Part shown: positions 25,237 to 30,497 of the stretch, one piece after another
Layout of the letters: the number at the start of each line of letters is the position of its first letter
Position numbering within the stretch: the first letter of the stretch is position 1
Virus record (IMG/VR): IMGVR_UViG_3300030332_001526
Coordinates: 1 to 30,497 of that record
Source of the DNA: a virus
Lineage: Duplodnaviria; Caudoviricetes
Direction: 5' to 3' (one strand)
Length of the DNA stretch: 30,497 nucleotides
Position numbers and translations under genes: made by a program
The notes under the pieces: generated by a model
What the model was told of the DNA's origin: nothing
Databases searched by the model: none
The model's input: only the letters and a program-made list of their open reading frames with translations

Positions 25237-25547
25237 GCAGCAAGGAAAAAGCAAAGGGGAACAGAATTGAGAGATTAGTAGTAAATCAATTCAAAGATAA
25301 CAACATCGAATCTAGAAGAGCATGGGGGTCTGATGGAAGATCACTAGGCTGGCATGAAGAAGTTGATGTTGTTGCAATTATTGATGAAAGACATTGGAAA
25401 TTTCAAGTTAAGGGACGAAAGGCAATAGCAGATTACTTGAAGCCTAATCTGGATGCCGTTGATGCTCAAATCTTGAAAGAAGATCGACAACCTTTATTGG
25501 TTGTATTACCATTTGACGAATTCGTGAAACTGGTATGCGATGAATAA
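25215..25547 (+). CDS. Holliday junction resolvase, Hjc-like PD-(D/E)XK
   Basis: KAKGNRIER, SRRAWGSDG, EVDV, FQVK, KEDR..LVV motifs; start may be the second Met. Confidence 0.8.
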   Translation: MEEVSSMSSKEKAKGNRIERLVVNQFKDNNIESRRAWGSDGRSLGWHEEVDVVAIIDERHWKFQVKGRKAIADYLKPNLDAVDAQILKEDRQPLLVVLPFDEFVKLVCDE

Positions 25548-25676
25548 GGTTGGCGTTGAATACCTGCTAGAATGGAAACGGAACTATTCCGAATCATAAT
25601 AGTGGGTGTTGGCCTGAGCGCAGAGGAATGTTAACGGTATGTGGCGTTCCTCTGGCGTTCTATTAAAGGAGAAAAT

Positions 25677-25844
25677 ATGGAAGATGATATTTACGAAGAA
25701 GCAGATGGAATGATGACAGATTGGGATTGGTTTGTTAAACAACCCTTATGGCGCAGAAACGAAATCATAAAAGGTAAAAAACCCTCTAAAAAAATTAGTA
25801 AAACAGAATATAGGAAGCGACATGATTCAAAAAACAAAACTTAA
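25677..25844 (+). CDS. Hypothetical protein
   Basis: ATG 25677 after AAAGGAG; acidic N-terminus and basic C-terminus. Confidence 0.6.
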   Translation: MEDDIYEEADGMMTDWDWFVKQPLWRRNEIIKGKKPSKKISKTEYRKRHDSKNKT

Positions 25845-26019
25845 GAAGGCTTTTAAAGATGCTGGGATGCAAACAACCGCTGGTGCAATAGACCTTTTAA
25901 CCGATGAACTAAATAGGACAGTGCGTAAATGGGTCGTTTTAGCTAAAGACGGTAATGTAAAGCGACTTACTGCAGATTTAGTATGGATAGCTTTAGGCAG
26001 TGATCATAGAAAATATTAA
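25822..26019 (+). CDS. Histone-fold protein (prokaryotic/phage histone-like)
   Basis: 65 aa; KLKKAFKDAGMQTTAGAIDLL...AKDGNVKRLTADLV aligns by eye with the alpha1-L1-alpha2-L2-alpha3 pattern of short prokaryotic histones. Confidence 0.7.
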   Translation: MIQKTKLKKAFKDAGMQTTAGAIDLLTDELNRTVRKWVVLAKDGNVKRLTADLVWIALGSDHRKY

Positions 26020-26066
26020 AGTTTTATCTAAATCAAATAAAAAATATGTCTAACTTATAGACTATA

Positions 26067-26173
26067 ATTGCTGGGAGTTCTAATGTATAAAAAAGCTGAC
26101 TTGTTTGATACTCCATTCTCTAGTCAGCTAATTTGGCTACCTCCTTGGATATCGCCCAAAAGCTCCCAGCAAT
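26067..26173 (+). ncRNA. Candidate three-way-junction RNA
   Basis: ATTGCTGGGAGTT/AGCTCCCAGCAAT (13 bp, one GU) enclosing AGCTGACT/AGTCAGCT and TTTGGC/GCCCAAA stems. Confidence 0.5.
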
Positions 26174-26183
26174 AAATTATAAA

Positions 26184-26366
26184 ATGCCACATAGAAGAAA
26201 AGATGATTGGAAAGAATGGAAGACGGGCTGGCAATATAAACAAAATGCACCTAGAGACCCTCAGTGGAGAGAAGATCGTGAGAGGTTATTTAAGAAAAAT
26301 GGCAACGGCTGGTGGCTTTTTACACCCAGCAGAACAATAAGGGATGATGATTTACCTGAAGAATAA
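26184..26366 (+). CDS. Trp/Arg-rich small protein
   Basis: ATG 26184 preferred over TTG 26133, which lies inside the structured element. Confidence 0.6.
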   Translation: MPHRRKDDWKEWKTGWQYKQNAPRDPQWREDRERLFKKNGNGWWLFTPSRTIRDDDLPEE

Positions 26367-26622
26367 TATTATGATATTCAGAAAAGTTAATGATACTAGA
26401 TTATATAAAGACCCAGAACTTGATAAGGTATGCGAGAAAGCAGCTGATATTGTAATGGGTATGCAAGGAAAGGATCAATTAAACGAGATAGCATGGCTTA
26501 TAAAGGAAGCCTATGATAAATATGAGCTACATGAAACCTGTGATATGAAACATCCAGTAACTGGTGCATGGGTTCAGTATGATCCTACAAGAATGATACG
26601 TGAGGAGTATAAGCTAAATTAA
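26344..26622 (+). CDS. Hypothetical protein, last rightward gene
   Basis: 92 aa; start may be an internal Met. Confidence 0.65.
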   Translation: MMIYLKNNIMIFRKVNDTRLYKDPELDKVCEKAADIVMGMQGKDQLNEIAWLIKEAYDKYELHETCDMKHPVTGAWVQYDPTRMIREEYKLN

Positions 26623-26685
26623 TTTATAATGAGGCTGGGGGCCCATACCTAGGGCTGGGACTATCTACTCAGCCTCTAGTATTAG

Positions 26686-26707
26686 AGGGGCGATTTAGGT
26701 CGCCCCT
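26686..26707. terminator. Hairpin at the convergence of the two transcription blocks
   Basis: AGGGGCGAT-TTAG-GTCGCCCCT between convergent stops; second stem GAGGCTGGG/CTCAGCCTC at 26631-26676. Confidence 0.65.
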
Positions 26708-26905
26708 TTAATCTTTACAACAGTCTTTTTCAACAACTGCAAATAATTCCATAGCAATAAGACCTTTAGCTGCATCAGACCACATATTAGCAAACGGATG
26801 CCCGTCTAATACTTCCCTGAATTCTTTTTGTAGATCAACACCGTCCTTAATGTAGGTACAAGTTGACTGCAGTTTTCCTAATTTATCTTTACCAGATGTA
26901 ATCAT
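26708..26905 (-). CDS. Hypothetical protein, last gene of the leftward operon
   Basis: ATGA overlap with the giant gene; SD-like GGAG. Confidence 0.65.
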   Translation of the reverse strand: MITSGKDKLGKLQSTCTYIKDGVDLQKEFREVLDGHPFANMWSDAAKGLIAMELFAVVEKDCCKD

Positions 26906-29900
26906 TCTCCAAGCATCCTTTTTATTTTTTTAACTCGTCTTTCTTCTTTCTCAGCTTTTTTTATTTTATATATCAGCTTATCTACGGGCAACCTTGTGAA
27001 TTGTCTCATCCCTCTACCAAAGGTTGTACCATATGGTTCGTTAAATGTTTTATCAACTTGTCTAACGATGCGTCCAAACGGATAGAGAGTGTGAATAGTA
27101 TAATCAGCGAACCTCTCATAGTCGCCACTTAATAATTCTATCATAGCTTGAGGTACTCTTGCTATAGGCGGTGTTATAATTTGCAATGGTGCTATAGGTC
27201 GTGGATATGTACCGAAAAAAGCACTATCTCTTTGTTTTTTATCACCAAATAACCATTCAGATGTTTCCTGCATCCAATCCCAAGGTGGTGGCAATGCAGT
27301 GTCGAAAAGAGAATATGCAAACGCAGCACCTAATGCCATCGTGAACATATCTATTACAAACAAGTCCTTAAATCTTTCATAGGCTGGCGTTCCTTCTTTA
27401 TACCCGTACCATTTAGCTTGCTTGTAGAATTCTTTTCGAGTTCGCACTGATTGAAATGCAAACAGTTTAAATCTAGTTAGAACTTTACCAGTTGCTGTTC
27501 TCATAAATGCAGGTCTAAAAGCACTGTGATATAAAAACTGCGTTGTTTCTATACCACGTAGGCCCATATCAAAAAGGTATGAATCAGCCATTGATATATC
27601 CTTAGCATGCTGACCATAGCGTTCTCTTGCCTGTAAAGCATGGGTTGTAAAAGCATCTAACCTATTTATACGTTCTGATTTCTGCATTAGCCAACCTCCA
27701 GCTTGCAGAACTTTATCTGTAACTCCATATCTCTTAGCTAAATCCTTTATTGATTCATCTCTTGCATCAGGATTTGCTTTTAAGAGTTTCTTAAGTTGAG
27801 ACATAAACCTGATTCCGTTAGCACCAAGCTTTTTAATTGAATCACTGAACTCTGGGTTGTAATCAAGTTCGTTCTGAATATATGTATCAATAATACCTTT
27901 TTCAGTTAACCACTTATGAAAGTCTTTTCGTGTTTTTACTGGAGATTTGTCCTTAAAGAAAATAGCGTAGCTGCCATCTCTCTTTTTTAAGAGATTATTC
28001 CTAATATATTTATCACTTTTACTGTGAATGAAATTCTTAAAACCACCCGATGCTATCGTCATAGTTGAACCACCATATATATTAGCAGTGAAAGTTCCTG
28101 TATTAGCTAATAAGGTTAATAGTTCATATCTTGCTTCAATTCTTGCGAAGTCATGGATACGTCTGACTATGTATTCCTTCTGAGCTTCGTTTAGGTTGCC
28201 TTTTTTATCAGTAAGCTTTCCACCCTCCTGTAGCGGCATTTCGCTAAAAAGAGGTATCTCAAGTTTTTTACCTTCAAAACTTTTAACATACCTTTCAGCT
28301 GCTTTCATCATTTGCCTATCGCTGGTTTGGAAATACATACTCTTTTTTAATTTTAATGGATCACCTTTTTCAATAGAATCCAATACTCTCATATTAAATG
28401 TGGATGGTTGTCCCAGTATATCTCTTAGATATATTCTAAGATAGTCAGCCCATACTTCAGTAGGATTATTGTAAACACCTTCAAGTTCCGCTTTCTGTTT
28501 CTTGCTAAATTTTCCAAAAGCATTCTTTTTTAACATGGTATCAATACGATGATTACCTTGTATAGCAATTAGATTACGATAGTAGGAACGAACTAACTGT
28601 TTTTTATAATCATCCATAACAGTTTCTCTTATATCAAATCCAACGAGTTCAGGTATGGTTCGCTTTAAAGCTACATGCGGAGATTCCCCTCCTATGCCTT
28701 CATCAAGTATCTGTGCTTCATATTGTGCAGATTCACGATTAGAGTTTTCTCGGTAGAACTGAAAAAACAACCTTGTTTCATCAGCAGCTTTTTTTGCATC
28801 TACCTCAGTTTTCCCATCAAGTAGCTCTGCTTCGTATCTAGATCGTGCCTGTTCTTCAACGAAACGATTGAAGTCACGCAATGCTCCTCTATTATAACCT
28901 ATATTTAAATGAGGAAAGTATTTTTCTATATCTATTTCACCAATACCAAACTTAGCTTTCTTACGATAACTGATACGATATGCTTTTCTTGCAGATTTAG
29001 TATTGACTAGTTTGCCTTTTTCAATTTGTTTATACATGGCAATTTCAAGCTTGCGTTCAAAATCATATCTCATTAATGCTTCTATTCCAATGATACTAGT
29101 TGGAGTAGCAATACCTGCTGTAGTTAATACCTTGCGTAAAAAGCTATCAACATCAAGCTTACTTTCACCATCGTATTTGAAATATTCATTGATCCTTCCA
29201 ACAGCACCTTTTTTATCAACCTTTTCCCAGTTGATTCTTTCTCTTCCGTAAAGCCACTTTTGACCAACTAGCTTAAAAAATGAACTCATCTGTTTATTTG
29301 CCCTATTAACCATTTCACGCCCTGTAAGCTCTTTTCCTTCGTGAGTGAGGGTCTTACCTAACCACGTCTCCATTTCAGCCGTTAAGGGCTCATTTTCGCG
29401 CTCATTCTTCACAATATGCATTATCATCTGGATATCTTCTTTGTTTTGAGTCCTTCTCCAATCAAAATGCTCAAGATTTTGTTCAGATATGCGTTCAATT
29501 TGAGAAACAGTTTCACGTTCAATCTTTTTAAAATATTCCCTAATGATACCAATAGGAGACATGACCTTACTTAATTTTTTTCGTACAAGACCCTTGGACG
29601 TAAGTATTGGGGTATACATACCTTCATATGTTTGAGAATCAAACCTAGCAGTTCTTTCAGCTACTGTTCTTGGATCACGAAACCAATCCCATACTTCCAC
29701 TTGATTGCTTATTGGTTTTTTATAAACACTATCAAAAAACCTATTAAGAGCATATACATCTGTCATAGTCATAGTGGATGAATCACGTGGTCTATTTTCT
29801 ACTGCATCAGTGAATTGAGTAAAGCGGTCATTAAAGTTTTCAGACCAATCTTTGTTTTTCTGAAGGTTTTCGGTTAGGGCGTTTATTTCCTTTTCTTGTT

Positions 29901-30495
29901 TAGAGTCCAATCCGATGAGCCCTTTGTCTCTGAGTTCGAGGTCTGTTCGCAAAGCGAGTGTTTGTAATGCCGTCTTTGCGTCCTTCTTCTTCTCGCTGCT
30001 GAGTTTGTCTTTAATGCTATCCGTAATGATGCGAGCCTTCTCATGTGTCATGTCCTCTTCTTTGTAGGTTTTCGGAGCTGCAAATTCAAACACTTCATCT
30101 GTTTTAGTTGAGCGTTGATAGATGTCTTCCATCTTAGTAAAAAAAGCTTTAACATTTTTATCGTATACAGATTCGCTGGCATATCCTGCTTTAGTGTAAT
30201 CTGGTCTCCAATAGAGATTTTTCTTTTGTCCTGACTCTGCAAGCTTGGAAAGGAATGGAGACAAGATAATGAAGTCAACTATATCAGCAACAGGTGCGCC
30301 ATTGTATTTATTTAAAGCACCTTCAATTATAATGTTATGCTTCAGTTCTTCAACACGTGCATCAAAATCTCTATACTTGGATTCAGTATTAGATTCATTG
30401 TTAGATAAGGTATGTGCTTCAGTTTTTATTTTTAATGCTTCTATTATAACTGGTTCCAATATTTCCCTTGCCCTTGTTTCGCCTAATTCAAATAT
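26902..30495 (-). CDS. C-terminal part of a giant virion-associated (internal/ejection, large polyvalent-type) protein; start lies outside the window
   Basis: Frame stays open upstream of the track's TTG to the window edge; helical; SERINR..F, TQF.Y....RP, GKVLTRFK.F, YPFGR motifs typical of podoviral ejection protein C-termini. Confidence 0.7.
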   Translation of the reverse strand: MFELGETRAREILEPVIIEALKIKTEAHTLSNNESNTESKYRDFDARVEELKHNIIIEGALNKYNGAPVADIVDFIILSPFLSKLAESGQKKNLYWRPDYTKAGYASESVYDKNVKAFFTKMEDIYQRSTKTDEVFEFAAPKTYKEEDMTHEKARIITDSIKDKLSSEKKKDAKTALQTLALRTDLELRDKGLIGLDSKQEKEINALTENLQKNKDWSENFNDRFTQFTDAVENRPRDSSTMTMTDVYALNRFFDSVYKKPISNQVEVWDWFRDPRTVAERTARFDSQTYEGMYTPILTSKGLVRKKLSKVMSPIGIIREYFKKIERETVSQIERISEQNLEHFDWRRTQNKEDIQMIMHIVKNERENEPLTAEMETWLGKTLTHEGKELTGREMVNRANKQMSSFFKLVGQKWLYGRERINWEKVDKKGAVGRINEYFKYDGESKLDVDSFLRKVLTTAGIATPTSIIGIEALMRYDFERKLEIAMYKQIEKGKLVNTKSARKAYRISYRKKAKFGIGEIDIEKYFPHLNIGYNRGALRDFNRFVEEQARSRYEAELLDGKTEVDAKKAADETRLFFQFYRENSNRESAQYEAQILDEGIGGESPHVALKRTIPELVGFDIRETVMDDYKKQLVRSYYRNLIAIQGNHRIDTMLKKNAFGKFSKKQKAELEGVYNNPTEVWADYLRIYLRDILGQPSTFNMRVLDSIEKGDPLKLKKSMYFQTSDRQMMKAAERYVKSFEGKKLEIPLFSEMPLQEGGKLTDKKGNLNEAQKEYIVRRIHDFARIEARYELLTLLANTGTFTANIYGGSTMTIASGGFKNFIHSKSDKYIRNNLLKKRDGSYAIFFKDKSPVKTRKDFHKWLTEKGIIDTYIQNELDYNPEFSDSIKKLGANGIRFMSQLKKLLKANPDARDESIKDLAKRYGVTDKVLQAGGWLMQKSERINRLDAFTTHALQARERYGQHAKDISMADSYLFDMGLRGIETTQFLYHSAFRPAFMRTATGKVLTRFKLFAFQSVRTRKEFYKQAKWYGYKEGTPAYERFKDLFVIDMFTMALGAAFAYSLFDTALPPPWDWMQETSEWLFGDKKQRDSAFFGTYPRPIAPLQIITPPIARVPQAMIELLSGDYERFADYTIHTLYPFGRIVRQVDKTFNEPYGTTFGRGMRQFTRLPVDKLIYKIKKAEKEERRVKKIKRMLGE

Positions 30496-30497
30496 CA

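Noticed and set aside
28196-30278. ORFs 28196, 29003 (+) and 30048 (-)
   Set aside because: Nested within the giant gene.
1-30497. Stop-codon reassignment, introns/inteins, reverse transcriptase or integrase
   Set aside because: Core genes are intact under the standard code and no such motifs were seen in the translations.

Overview
A large part of a tailed dsDNA phage genome (Caudoviricetes; podovirus-like gene set with a P22-type portal, a DUF5309/SU10-type major capsid protein and no visible tape measure). A leftward late operon (12315 to <1) holds probable TerS, TerL, portal, scaffold, capsid, head-tail adaptors and tail fibres. A hairpin-rich divergent control region lies at 12.3-12.8 kb. 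An apparently complete rightward early/replication block (12775-26622) has about 35 mostly small ORFs, including DUF932, a Sak-type annealing protein, an SSB-like protein, an AEP primase-SF4 helicase fusion, an Hjc-type resolvase and a histone-fold protein. After a convergent hairpin near 26.7 kb comes the C-terminal 1197 codons of a giant leftward virion-type protein that runs off the window. Main observations: (1) a 15-bp motif CTCCCYY-WTNTNY-RR occurs about 12 times on the + strand in front of early units and behaves like a phage-specific promoter, yet the early block encodes no recognisable RNA polymerase or sigma factor, suggesting a virion-delivered transcription system; (2) a phage-encoded histone-like protein; (3) several multi-stem intergenic RNA candidates, some with exposed anti-Shine-Dalgarno loops; (4) a conserved-looking gene with no canonical start codon. 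All family names come from motif recognition by eye; no database search was run.
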